DNA of 64,000 nucleotides, from contig OZ059894.1 in NCBI GenBank assembly GCA_964057225.1, positions 22,010,001 through 22,074,000 on the forward strand. The letters run 5' to 3'. This document shows positions 24,601 to 39,600 of this stretch, piece after piece. Position 1 is the first letter of the stretch; every line of letters begins with the position of its first letter. The position numbers and the translations under genes were made by a program. A model generated the notes under the pieces. It was given only the letters and a program-made list of their open reading frames with translations, did not search any database and was not told the origin of the DNA. The DNA is from Auanema rhodensis. Taxonomy: Eukaryota > Animalia > Nematoda.

Positions 24601-27600
24601 ATCTGTGTTATCAGATTTGCGCTAGCTTAAAAATGCACCGAGATATCAACTGATATAAGTTCACACAAATATCCTCGATTTTCACCCTGAAGAATCAATT
24701 TTTTCGTTGAATAACATTGTCCATCGTCTTTGCCTTGAAAAAAGGAATCTAAAAACATCTACTTTTTGCTGAATTATTTTGAAATTTTTCGAAAAAATTT
24801 TTGTCAAAATGTTTTTGGAAGCAATGTTGAGTGTACATGGAAACTCAACACACACTAATGCATCATTTTTCAAACGATCATAACTAATTTGTGTATTAAG
24901 CGTTTCTCAATGTAGTATAGTGCATTCGATGCGGATTTTTAAGCTGCGTCGATCTGTGTTATCAGATTTGCGCTAGCTTAAAAATGCACCGAGATATCAA
25001 CTGATATAAGTTTACACTTATATCCTCGATTTTCACCCTGAAGAATTAATTTTTTCGTTGAATAACATTGTCCATCGTCTTTGCCTTAAAAAATGGAATC
25101 TAAAAACATCTACTTTTTGCTAAATTATTTTGAAATTTTTCGAAAAAATTTTTGTCAAAATGTTTTTGGAAGCAATGTTGAGTGTACATGGAAACTCAAC
25201 ACACACTAATGCATCATTTTTCAAACGATCATAACTAATTTGTGTATTAAGCGTTTCTCAATGTAGTATAGTGCATTCAATGCGGATTTTTAAGCTGCGT
25301 CGATCTGTGTTATCAGATTTGCGCTAGCTTAAAAATGCACCGAGATATCAACTGATATAAGTTCACACTTATATCCTCGATTTTCACCCTGAAGAATTAA
25401 TTTTTTCGTTGAATAACATTGTCCATCGTCTTTGCCTTAAAAACAGGAATCTAAAAACATCTACTTTTTGCTAAATTATTATGAAATTTTTCGAAAAAAT
25501 TTTTGTCAAAATGTTTTTGGAAGCAATGTTGAGTGTACATGGAAACTCAACATACACTAATGCATCATTTTTCAAACGATCATAACTAATTTTTGTATCA
25601 AACGTTTCTCAATGTAGTATAGTGCATTCGATGCGGATTTTTAAGCTGCGTCGATCTGTGTTATCAGATTTGCGCTAGCTTAAAAATGCACCGAGATATC
25701 AACTGATATAAGTTCACACTTATATCCTCGATTTTCACCCTGAAGAATTAATTTTTTCGTTGAATAACATTGTCCATCGTCTTCGCCTTGAAAAAAGAAA
25801 TCTAAAAACATCTACTTTTTCCTAAATTATTTTGAAATTTTTCGAAAAAATTTTTGTCAAAATGTTTTTGGAAGCAATGTTGAGTGTACATGGAAACTCA
25901 ACATACACTAATGCATCATTTTTCAAACGATCATAACTAATTTTTGTATTAAGCGTTTCTCAATGTAGTATAGTGCATTCGATGCGGATTTTTGAGCTGC
26001 GTCGATCTGTGTTATCAGATTTGCGCTAGCTTTAAAATGCACCGAGATATCAACTGATATAAGTTCACACTTATATCCTCGATTTTCACCCTGAAGAATT
26101 AATTTTTTCGTTGAATAACATTGTCCATCGTCTTTGCCTTGAAAAAAGGAATCTAAAAACATTTACTTTTTCCTAAATTATTTTGAAATTTTTCGAAAAA
26201 ATTTTTGTCAAAATGTTTTTGGAAGCAATGTTGAGTGTACATGGAAACTCAACATACACTAATGCATCATTTTTCAAACGATCATAACTAATTTTTGTAT
26301 TAAGCGTTTCTCAATGTAGTATAGTGCATTCGATGCGGATTTTTAAGCTGCGTCGATCTGTGTTATCAGATTTGCGCTAGCTTAAAAATGCACCGATATA
26401 TCATCTGATATAAGTTCACACTTATATCCTCGATTTTCACCCTGAAGAATTAATTTTTTCGTTGAATAATATTGTCCATCGTCTTTGCCTTGAAAAATGG
26501 AATCTAAAAACATCTACTTTTTGCTGAATTATCTTGAAATTTTTCGAAAAAATTTTTGTCAAAATGTTTTTGGAAGCAATGTTGAGTGTACATGGAAACT
26601 CAACATACACTAATGCATCATTTTTCAAACGATCATAACTAATTTTTGTATCAAACGTTTCTCAATGTAGTATAGTGCATTCGATGCGGATTTTTGAGCT
26701 GCGTCGATCTGTGTTATCAGATTTGCGCTAGCTTTAAAATGCACCGAGATATCAACTGATATAAGTTCACACTTATATCCTCGATTTTCACCCTGAAGAA
26801 TTAATTTTTTCGTTGAATAATATTGTCCATCGTCTTTGCCTTGAAAAATGGAATCTAAAAACATCTACTTTTTGCTGAATTATCTTGAAATTTTTCGAAA
26901 AAATTTTTGTCAAAATGTTTTTGGAAGCAATGTTGAGTGTACATGGAAACTCAACATACACTAATGCATCATTTTTCAAACGATCATAACTAATTTTTGT
27001 ATCAAACGTTTCTCAATGTAGTATAGTGCATTCGATGCGGATTTTTAAGCTGCGTCGATCTGTGTTATCAGATTTGCGCTAGCTTAAAAATGCACCGAGA
27101 TATCAACTGATATAAGTTCACACTTATATCCTCGATTTTCACCCTGAAGAATTAATTTTTTCGTTGAATAACATTGTCCATCGTCTTTGCCTTGAAAAAA
27201 GGAATCTAAAAACATCTACTTTTTGCTGAATTATTTTGAAATTTTTCGAAAAAATTTTTGTCAAAATGTTTTTGGAAGCAATGTTGAGTGTACATGGAAA
27301 CTCAACATACACTAATGCATCATTTTTCAAACGATCATAACTTATTTTTGTATTAAGCGTTTCTCAATGTAGTATAGTGCATTCGTTGCGGATTTTTAAG
27401 CTGCGTCGATCTGTGTTATCAGATTTGCGCTAGCTTAAAAATGCACCGAGATATCAACTGATATAAGTTCACACTTATATCCTCGATTTTCACCCTGAAG
27501 AATTAATTTTTTCGTTGAATAACATTGTCCATCGTCTTTGCCTTGAAAAAAGGAATCTAAAAACATCTACTTTTTGCTAAATTATTTTGAAATTTTTCGA

Positions 27601-30600
27601 AAAAATTTTTGTCAAAATGTTTTTGGAAGCAATGTTGAGTGTACATGGAAACTCAACATACACTAATGCATCATTTTTCAAACGATCATAACTTATTTTT
27701 GTATTAAGCGTTTCTCAATGTAGTATAGTGCATTCGATGCGGATTTTTAAGCTGCGTCGATCTGTGTTATCAGATTTGCGCTAGCTTAAAAATGCACCGA
27801 GATATCAACTGATATAAGTTCACACTTATATCCTCGATTTTCACCCTGAAGAATTAATTTTTTCGTTGAATAACATTGTCCATCGTCTTTGCCTTGAAAA
27901 AAGGAATCTAAAAACATCTACTTTTTGCTAAATTATTTTGAAATTTTTCGAAAAAATTTTTGTCAAAATGTTTTTGGAAGCAATGTTGAGTGTACATGGA
28001 AACTCAACATACACTAATGCATCATTTTTCAAACGATCATAACTAATTTTTGTATTAAGCGTTTCTCAATGTAGTATAGTGCATTCGTTGCGGATTTTTA
28101 AGCTGCGTCGATCTGTGTTATCAGATTTGCGCTAGCTTAAAAATGCACCGAGATATCAACTGATATAAGTTCACACAAATATCCTCGATTTTCACCCTGA
28201 AGAATCAAGTTTTTCGTTGAATAACATTGTCCATCGTCTTTGCCTTGAAAAAAGGAATCTAAAAACATCTACTTTTTGCTGAATTATTTTGAAATTTTTC
28301 GAAAAAATTTTTGTCAAAATGTTTTTGGAAGCAATGTTGAGTGTACATGGAAACTCAACACACACTAATGCATCATTTTTCAAACGATCATAACTAATTT
28401 GTGTATTAAGCGTTTCTCAATGTAGTATAGTGCATTCAATGCGGATTTTTAAGCTGCGTCGATCTGTGTTATCAGATTTGCGCTAGCTTAAAAATGCACC
28501 GAGATATCAACTGATATAAGTTCACACAAATATCCTCGATTTTCACCCTGAAGAATCAATTTTTTCGTTGAATAACATTGTCCATCGTCTTTGCCTTGAA
28601 AAAAGGAATCTAAAAACATCTACTTTTTGCTGAATTATTTTGAAATTTTTCGAAAAAATTTTTGTCAAAATGTTTTTGGAAGCAATGTTGAGTGTACATG
28701 GAAACTCAACACACACTAATGCATCATTTTTCAAACGATCATAACTAATTTGTGTATTAAGCGTTTCTCAATGTAGTATAGTGCATTCGATGCGGATTTT
28801 TAAGCTGCGTCGATCTGTGTTATCAGATTTGCGCTAGCTTAAAAATGCACCGAGATATCAACTGATATAAGTTTACACTTATATCCTCGATTTTCACCCT
28901 GAAGAATTAATTTTTTCGTTGAATAACATTGTCCATCGTCTTTGCCTTAAAAAATGGAATCTAAAAACATCTACTTTTTGCTAAATTATTTTGAAATTTT
29001 TCGAAAAAATTTTTGTCAAAATGTTTTTGGAAGCAATGTTGAGTGTACATGGAAACTCAACATACACTAATGCATCATTTTTCAAACGATCATAACTAAT
29101 TTTTGTATCAAACGTTTCTCAATGTAGTATAGTGCATTCGATGCGGATTTTTAAGCTGCGTCGATCTGTGTTATCAGATTTGCGCTAGCTTAAAAATGCA
29201 CCGAGATATCAACTGATATAAGTTCACACTTATATCCTCGATTTTCACCCTGAAGAATTAATTTTTTCGTTGAATAACATTGTCCATCGTCTTTGCCTTG
29301 AAAAAAGGAATCTAAAAACATCTACTTTTTGCTGAATTATTTTGAAATTTTTCGAAAAAATTTTTGTCAAAATGTTTTTGGAAGCAATGTTGAGTGTACA
29401 TGGAAACTCAACATACACTAATGCATCATTTTTCAAACGATCATAACTTATTTTTGTATTAAGCGTTTCTCAATGTAGTATAGTGCATTCGTTGCGGATT
29501 TTTAAGCTGCGTCGATCTGTGTTATCAGATTTGCGCTAGCTTAAAAATGCACCGAGATATCAACTGATATAAGTTCACACTTATATCCTCGATTTTCACC
29601 CTGAAGAATTAATTTTTTCGTTGAATAACATTGTCCATCGTCTTTGCCTTGAAAAAAGGAATCTAAAAACATCTACTTTTTGCTAAATTATTTTGAAATT
29701 TTTCGAAAAAATTTTTGTCAAAATGTTTTTGGAAGCAATGTTGAGTGTACATGGAAACTCAACATACACTAATGCATCATTTTTCAAACGATCATAACTT
29801 ATTTTTGTATTAAGCGTTTCTCAATGTAGTATAGTGCATTCGATGCGGATTTTTAAGCTGCGTCGATCTGTGTTATCAGATTTGCGCTAGCTTAAAAATG
29901 CACCGAGATATCAACTGATATAAGTTCACACTTATATCCTCGATTTTCACCCTGAAGAATTAATTTTTTCGTTGAATAACATTGTCCATCGTCTTTGCCT
30001 TGAAAAAAGGAATCTAAAAACATCTACTTTTTGCTAAATTATTTTGAAATTTTTCGAAAAAATTTTTGTCAAAATGTTTTTGGAAGCAATGTTGAGTGTA
30101 CATGGAAACTCAACATACACTAATGCATCATTTTTCAAACGATCATAACTAATTTTTGTATTAAGCGTTTCTCAATGTAGTATAGTGCATTCGTTGCGGA
30201 TTTTTAAGCTGCGTCGATCTGTGTTATCAGATTTGCGCTAGCTTAAAAATGCACCGAGATATCAACTGATATAAGTTCACACAAATATCCTCGATTTTCA
30301 CCCTGAAGAATCAATTTTTTCGTTGAATAACATTGTCCATCGTCTTTGCCTTGAAAAAAGGAATCTAAAAACATCTACTTTTTGCTGAATTATTTTGAAA
30401 TTTTTCGAAAAAATTTTTGTCAAAATGTTTTTGGAAGCAATGTTGAGTGTACATGGAAACTCAACACACACTAATGCATCATTTTTCAAACGATCATAAC
30501 TAATTTGTGTATTAAGCGTTTCTCAATGTAGTATAGTGCATTCGATGCGGATTTTTAAGCTGCGTCGATCTGTGTTATCAGATTTGCGCTAGCTTAAAAA

Positions 30601-33600
30601 TGCACCGAGATATCAACTGATATAAGTTCACACAAATATCCTCGATTTTCACCCTGAAGAATCAATTTTTTCGTTGAATAACATTGTCCATCGTCTTTGC
30701 CTTGAAAAAAGGAATCTAAAAACATCTACTTTTTGCTGAATTATTTTGAAATTTTTCGAAAAAATTTTTGTCAAAATGTTTTTGGAAGCAATGTTGAGTG
30801 TACATGGAAACTCAACACACACTAATGCATCATTTTTCAAACGATCATAACTAATTTGTGTATTAAGCGTTTCTCAATGTAGTATAGTGCATTCGATGCG
30901 GATTTTTAAGCTGCGTCGATCTGTGTTATCAGATTTGCGCTAGCTTAAAAATGCACCGAGATATCAACTGATATAAGTTCACACTTATATCCTCGATTTT
31001 CACCCTGAAGAATTAATTTTTTCGTTGAATAACATTGTCCATCGTCTTTGCCTTGAAAAAAGGAATCTAAAAACATCTACTTTTTGCTAAATTATTTTGA
31101 AATTTTTCGAAAAAATTTTTGTCAAAATGTTTTTGGAAGCAATGTTGAGTGTACATGGAAACTCAACATACACTAATGCATCATTTTTCAAACGATCATA
31201 ACTAATTTTTGTATTAAGCGTTTCTCAATGTAGTATAGTGCATTCGTTGCGGATTTTTAAGCTGCGTCGATCTGTGTTATCAGATTTGCGCTAGCTTAAA
31301 AATGCACCGAGATATCAACTGATATAAGTTCACACAAATATCCTCGATTTTCACCCTGAAGAATCAATTTTTTCGTTGAATAACATTGTCCATCGTCTTT
31401 GCCTTGAAAAAAGGAATCTAAAAACATCTACTTTTTGCTGAATTATTTTGAAATTTTTCGAAAAAATTTTTGTCAAAATGTTTTTGGAAGCAATGTTGAG
31501 TGTACATGGAAACTCAACACACACTAATGCATCATTTTTCAAACGATCATAACTAATTTGTGTATTAAGCGTTTCTCAATGTAGTATAGTGCATTCGATG
31601 CGGATTTTTAAGCTGCGTCGATCTGTGTTATCAGATTTGCGCTAGCTTAAAAATGCACCGAGATATCAACTGATATAAGTTCACACAAATATCCTCGATT
31701 TTCACCCTGAAGAATCAATTTTTTCGTTGAATAACATTGTCCATCGTCTTTGCCTTGAAAAAAGGAATCTAAAAACATCTACTTTTTGCTGAATTATTTT
31801 GAAATTTTTCGAAAAAATTTTTGTCAAAATGTTTTTGGAAGCAATGTTGAGTGTACATGGAAACTCAACACACACTAATGCATCATTTTTCAAACGATCA
31901 TAACTAATTTGTGTATTAAGCGTTTCTCAATGTAGTATAGTGCATTCGATGCGGATTTTTAAGCTGCGTCGATCTGTGTTATCAGATTTGCGCTAGCTTA
32001 AAAATGCACCGAGATATCAACTGATATAAGTTTACACTTATATCCTCGATTTTCACCCTGAAGAATTAATTTTTTCGTTGAATAACATTGTCCATCGTCT
32101 TTGCCTTAAAAAATGGAATCTAAAAACATCTACTTTTTGCTAAATTATTTTGAAATTTTTCGAAAAAATTTTTGTCAAAATGTTTTTGGAAGCAATGTTG
32201 AGTGTACATGGAAACTCAACACACACTAATGCATCATTTTTCAAACGATCATAACTAATTTGTGTATTAAGCGTTTCTCAATGTAGTATAGTGCATTCAA
32301 TGCGGATTTTTAAGCTGCGTCGATCTGTGTTATCAGATTTGCGCTAGCTTAAAAATGCACCGAGATATCAACTGATATAAGTTCACACTTATATCCTCGA
32401 TTTTCACCCTGAAGAATTAATTTTTTCGTTGAATAACATTGTCCATCGTCTTTGCCTTGGAAAAAGGAATCTAAAAACATCTACTTTTTGCTGAATTATT
32501 CTGAAATTTTTTGAAAAAATTTTTGTCAAAATGTTTTTGGAAGCAATGTTGAGTGTACATGGAAACTCAACATACACTAATGCATCATTTTTCAAACGAT
32601 CATAACTAATTTTTGTATTAAGCGTTTCTCAATGTAGTATAGTGCATTCGATGCGGATTTTTAAGCTGCGTCGATCTGTGTTATCAGATTTGCGCTAGCT
32701 TAAAAATGCACCGAGATATCAACTGATATAAGTTTACACTTATATCCTCGATTTTCACCCTGAAGAATTAATTTTTTCGTTGAATAACATTGTCCATCGT
32801 CTTTGCCTTGAAAAATGGAATCTAAAAACATCTACTTTTTGCTAAATTATTTTGAAATTTTTCGAAAAAATTTTTGTCAAAATGTTTTTGGAAGCAATGT
32901 TGAGTGTACATGGAAACTCAACATACACTAATGCATCATTTTTCAAACGATCATAACTAATTTTTGTATTAAGCGTTTCTCAATGTAGTATAGTGCATTC
33001 GATGCGGATTTTTAAGCTGCGTCGATCTGTGTTATCAGATTTGCGCTAGCTTAAAAATGCACCGAGATATCAACTGATATAAGTTTACACTTATATCCTC
33101 GATTTTCACCCTGAAGAATTAATTTTTTCGTTGAATAACATTGTCCATCGTCTTTGCCTTGGAAAAAGGAATCTAAAAACATCTACTTTTTGCTGAATTA
33201 TTCTGAAATTTTTTGAAAAAATTTTTGTCAAAATGTTTTTGGAAGCAATGTTGAGTGTACATGGAAACTCAACATACACTAATGCATCATTTTTCAAACG
33301 ATCATAACTAATTTTTGTATTAAGCGTTTCTCAATGTAGTATAGTGCATTCGATGCGGATTTTTAAGCTGCGTCGATCTGTGTTATCAGATTTGCGCTAG
33401 CTTAAAAATGCACCGAGATATCAACTGATATAAGTTCACACTTATATCCTCGATTTTCACCCTGAAGAATTAATTTTTTCGTTGAATAACATTGTCCATC
33501 GTCTTTGCCTTGGAAAAAGGAATCTAAAAACATCTACTTTTTGCTAAATTATTTTGAAATTTTTCGAAAAAATTTTTGTCAAAATGTTTTTGGAAGCAAT

Positions 33601-36600
33601 GTTGAGTGTACATGGAAACTCAACACACACTAATGCATCATTTTTCAAACGATCATAACTAATTTGTGTATTAAGCGTTTCTCAATGTAGTATAGTGCAT
33701 TCAATGCGGATTTTTAAGCTGCGTCGATCTGTGTTATCAGATTTGCGCTAGCTTAAAAATGCACCGAGATATCAACTGATATAAGTTCACACTTATATCC
33801 TCGATTTTCACCCTGAAGAATTAATTTTTTCGTTGAATAACATTGTCCATCGTCTTTGCCTTGGAAAAAGGAATCTAAAAACATCTACTTTTTGCTGAAT
33901 TATTCTGAAATTTTTTGAAAAAATTTTTGTCAAAATGTTTTTGGAAGCAATGTTGAGTGTACATGGAAACTCAACATACACTAATGCATCATTTTTCAAA
34001 CGATCATAACTAATTTTTGTATTAAGCGTTTCTCAATGTAGTATAGTGCATTCGATGCGGATTTTTAAGCTGCGTCGATCTGTGTTATCAGATTTGCGCT
34101 AGCTTAAAAATGCACCGAGATATCAACTGATATAAGTTCACACTTATATCCTCGATTTTCACCCTGAAGAATTAATTTTTTCGTTGAATAACATTGTCCA
34201 TCGTCTTTGCCTTGGAAAAAGGAATCTAAAAACATCTACTTTTTGCTGAATTATTCTGAAATTTTTTGAAAAAATTTTTGTCAAAATGTTTTTGGAAGCA
34301 ATGTTGAGTGTACATGGAAACTCAACATACACTAATGCATCATTTTTCAAACGATCATAACTAATTTTTGTATTAAGCGTTTCTCAATGTAGTATAGTGC
34401 ATTCGATGCGGATTTTTAAGCTGCGTCGATCTGTGTTATCAGATTTGCGCTAGCTTAAAAATGCACCGAGATATCAACTGATATAAGTTCACACTTATAT
34501 CCTCGATTTTCACCCTGAAGAATTAATTTTTTCGTTGAATAACATTGTCCATCGTCTTTGCCTTGGAAAAAGGAATCTAAAAACATCTACTTTTTGCTAA
34601 ATTATTTTGAAATTTTTCGAAAAAATTTTTGTCAAAATGTTTTTGGAAGCAATGTTGAGTGTACATGGAAACTCAACACACACTAATGCATCATTTTTCA
34701 AACGATCATAACTAATTTGTGTATTAAGCGTTTCTCAATGTAGTATAGTGCATTCAATGCGGATTTTTAAGCTGCGTCGATCTGTGTTATCAGATTTGCG
34801 CTAGCTTAAAAATGCACCGAGATATCAACTGATATAAGTTCACACTTATATCCTCGATTTTCACCCTGAAGAATTAATTTTTTCGTTGAATAACATTGTC
34901 CATCGTCTTTGCCTTGGAAAAAGGAATCTAAAAACATCTACTTTTTGCTGAATTATTCTGAAATTTTTTGAAAAAATTTTTGTCAAAATGTTTTTGGAAG
35001 CAATGTTGAGTGTACATGGAAACTCAACATACACTAATGCATCATTTTTCAAACGATCATAACTAATTTTTGTATTAAGCGTTTCTCAATGTAGTATAGT
35101 GCATTCGATGCGGATTTTTAAGCTGCGTCGATCTGTGTTATCAGATTTGCGCTAGCTTAAAAATGCACCGAGATATCAACTGATATAAGTTTACACTTAT
35201 ATCCTCGATTTTCACCCTGAAGAATTAATTTTTTCGTTGAATAACATTGTCCATCGTCTTTGCCTTGAAAAATGGAATCTAAAAACATCTACTTTTTGCT
35301 AAATTATTTTGAAATTTTTCGAAAAAATTTTTGTCAAAATGTTTTTGGAAGCAATGTTGAGTGTACATGGAAACTCAACATACACTAATGCATCATTTTT
35401 CAAACGATCATAACTAATTTTTGTATTAAGCGTTTCTCAATGTAGTATAGTGCATTCGATGCGGATTTTTAAGCTGCGTCGATCTGTGTTATCAGATTTG
35501 CGCTAGCTTAAAAATGCACCGAGATATCAACTGATATAAGTTTACACTTATATCCTCGATTTTCACCCTGAAGAATTAATTTTTTCGTTGAATAACATTG
35601 TCCATCGTCTTTGCCTTGAAAAATGGAATCTAAAAACATCTACTTTTTGCTAAATTATTTTGAAATTTTCCGAAAAAATTTTTGTCAAAATGTTTTTGGA
35701 AGCAATGTTGAGTGTACATGGAAACTCAACATACACTAATGCATCATTTTTCAAACGATCATAACTAATTTTTGTATCAAACGTTTCTCAATGTAGTATA
35801 GTGCATTCGATGCGGATTTTTAAGCTGCGTCGATCTGTGTTATCAGATTTGCGCTAGCTTAAAAATGCACCGAGATATCAACTGATATAAGTTCACACTT
35901 ATATCCTCGATTTTCACCCTGAAGAATTAATTTTTTCGTTGAATAACATTGTCCATCGTCTTCGCCTTGAAAAAAGAAATCTAAAAACATCTACTTTTTC
36001 CTAAATTATTTTGAAATTTTTCGAAAAAATTTTTGTCAAAATGTTTTTGGAAGCAATGTTGAGTGTACATGGAAACTCAACATACACTAATGCATCATTT
36101 TTCAAACGATCATAACTAATTTTTGTATTAAGCGTTTCTCAATGTAGTATAGTGCATTCGATGCGGATTTTTGAGCTGCGTCGATCTGTGTTATCAGATT
36201 TGCGCTAGCTTTAAAATGCACCGAGATATCAACTGATATAAGTTCACACTTATATCCTCGATTTTCACCCTGAAGAATTAATTTTTTCGTTGAATAACAT
36301 TGTCCATCGTCTTTGCCTTGAAAAAAGGAATCTAAAAACATTTACTTTTTCCTAAATTATTTTGAAATTTTTCGAAAAAATTTTTGTCAAAATGTTTTTG
36401 GAAGCAATGTTGAGTGTACATGGAAACTCAACATACACTAATGCATCATTTTTCAAACGATCATAACTAATTTTTGTATTAAGCGTTTCTCAATGTAGTA
36501 TAGTGCATTCGATGCGGATTTTTAAGCTGCGTCGATCTGTGTTATCAGATTTGCGCTAGCTTAAAAATGCACCGATATATCAACTGATATAAGTTCACAC

Positions 36601-39600
36601 TTATATCCTCGATTTTCACCCTGAAGAATTAATTTTTTCGTTGAATAATATTGTCCATCGTCTTTGCCTTGAAAAATGGAATCTAAAAACATCTACTTTT
36701 TGCTGAATTATCTTGAAATTTTTCGAAAAAATTTTTGTCAAAATGTTTTTGGAAGCAATGTTGAGTGTACATGGAAACTCAACATACACTAATGCATCAT
36801 TTTTCAAACGATCATAACTAATTTTTGTATCAAATGTTTCTCAATGTAGTATAGTGCATTCGATGCGGATTTTTGAGCTGCGTCGATCTGTGTTATCAGA
36901 TTTGCGCTAGCTTTAAAATGCACCGAGATATCAACTGATATAAGTTCACACTTATATCCTCGATTTTCACCCTGAAGAATTAATTTTTTCGTTGAATAAT
37001 ATTGTCCATCGTCTTTGCCTTGAAAAATGGAATCTAAAAACATCTACTTTTTGCTGAATTATCTTGAAATGTTTCGAAAAAATTTTTGTCAAAATGTTTT
37101 TGGAAGCAATGTTGAGTGTACATGGAAACTCAACATACACTAATGCATCATTTTTCAAACGATCATAACTAATTTTTGTATCAAACGTTTCTCAATGTAG
37201 TATAGTGCATTCGATGCGGATTTTTAAGCTGCGTCGATCTGTGTTATCAGATTTGCGCTAGCTTAAAAATGCACCGAGATATCAACTGATATAAGTTCAC
37301 ACTTATATCCTCGATTTTCACCCTGAAGAATTAATTTTTTCGTTGAATAACATTGTCCATCGTCTTTGCCTTGAAAAAAGGAATCTAAAAACATCTACTT
37401 TTTGCTGAATTATTTTGAAATTTTTCGAAAAAATTTTTGTCAAAATGTTTTTGGAAGCAATGTTGAGTGTACATGGAAACTCAACATACACTAATGCATC
37501 ATTTTTCAAACGATCATAACTTATTTTTGTATTAAGCGTTTCTCAATGTAGTATAGTGCATTCGTTGCGGATTTTTAAGCTGCGTCGATCTGTGTTATCA
37601 GATTTGCGCTAGCTTAAAAATGCACCGAGATATCAACTGATATAAGTTCACACTTATATCCTCGATTTTCACCCTGAAGAATTAATTTTTTCGTTGAATA
37701 ACATTGTCCATCGTCTTTGCCTTGAAAAAAGGAATCTAAAAACATCTACTTTTTGCTAAATTATTTTGAAATTTTTCGAAAAAATTTTTGTCAAAATGTT
37801 TTTGGAAGCAATGTTGAGTGTACATGGAAACTCAACATACACTAATGCATCATTTTTCAAACGATCATAACTAATTTTTGTATTAAGCGTTTCTCAATGT
37901 AGTATAGTGCATTCGATGCGGATTTTTAAGCTGCGTCGATCTGTGTTATCAGATTTGCGCTAGCTTAAAAATGCACCGAGATATCAACTGATATAAGTTT
38001 ACACTTATATCCTCGATTTTCACCCTGAAGAATTAATTTTTTCGTTGAATAACATTGTCCATCGTCTTTGCCTTGAAAAAAGGAATCTAAAAACATCTAC
38101 TTTTTGCTAAATTATTTTGAAATTTTTCGAAAAAATTTTTGTCAAAATGTTTTTGGAAGCAATGTTGAGTGTACATGGAAACTCAACATACACTAATGCA
38201 TCATTTTTCAAACGATCATAACTAATTTTTGTATTAAGCGTTTCTCAATGTAGTATAGTGCATTCGTTGCGGATTTTTAAGCTGCGTCGATCTGTGTTAT
38301 CAGATTTGCGCTAGCTTAAAAATGCACCGAGATATCAACTGATATAAGTTCACACAAATATCCTCGATTTTCACCCTGAAGAATCAATTTTTTCGTTGAA
38401 TAACATTGTCCATCGTCTTTGCCTTGAAAAAAGGAATCTAAAAACATCTACTTTTTGCTGAATTATTTTGAAATTTTTCGAAAAAATTTTTGTCAAAATG
38501 TTTTTGGAAGCAATGTTGAGTGTACATGGAAACTCAACACACACTAATGCATCATTTTTCAAACGATCATAACTAATTTGTGTATTAAGCGTTTCTCAAT
38601 GTAGTATAGTGCATTCGATGCGGATTTTTAAGCTGCGTCGATCTGTGTTATCAGATTTGCGCTAGCTTAAAAATGCACCGAGATATCAACTGATATAAGT
38701 TTACACTTATATCCTCGATTTTCACCCTGAAGAATTAATTTTTTCGTTGAATAACATTGTCCATCGTCTTTGCCTTAAAAAATGGAATCTAAAAACATCT
38801 ACTTTTTGCTAAATTATTTTGAAATTTTTCGAAAAAATTTTTGTCAAAATGTTTTTGGAAGCAATGTTGAGTGTACATGGAAACTCAACACACACTAATG
38901 CATCATTTTTCAAACGATCATAACTAATTTGTGTATTAAGCGTTTCTCAATGTAGTATAGTGCATTCAATGCGGATTTTTAAGCTGCGTCGATCTGTGTT
39001 ATCAGATTTGCGCTAGCTTAAAAATGCACCGAGATATCAACTGATATAAGTTCACACTTATATCCTCGATTTTCACCCTGAAGAATTAATTTTTTCGTTG
39101 AATAACATTGTCCATCGTCTTTGCCTTGGAAAAAGGAATCTAAAAACATCTACTTTTTGCTGAATTATTCTGAAATTTTTTGAAAAAATTTTTGTCAAAA
39201 TGTTTTTGGAAGCAATGTTGAGTGTACATGGAAACTCAACATACACTAATGCATCATTTTTCAAACGATCATAACTAATTTTTGTATTAAGCGTTTCTCA
39301 ATGTAGTATAGTGCATTCGATGCGGATTTTTAAGCTGCGTCGATCTGTGTTATCAGATTTGCGCTAGCTTAAAAATGCACCGAGATATCAACTGATATAA
39401 GTTTACACTTATATCCTCGATTTTCACCCTGAAGAATTAATTTTTTCGTTGAATAACATTGTCCATCGTCTTTGCCTTGAAAAATGGAATCTAAAAACAT
39501 CTACTTTTTGCTAAATTATTTTGAAATTTTTCGAAAAAATTTTTGTCAAAATGTTTTTGGAAGCAATGTTGAGTGTACATGGAAACTCAACATACACTAA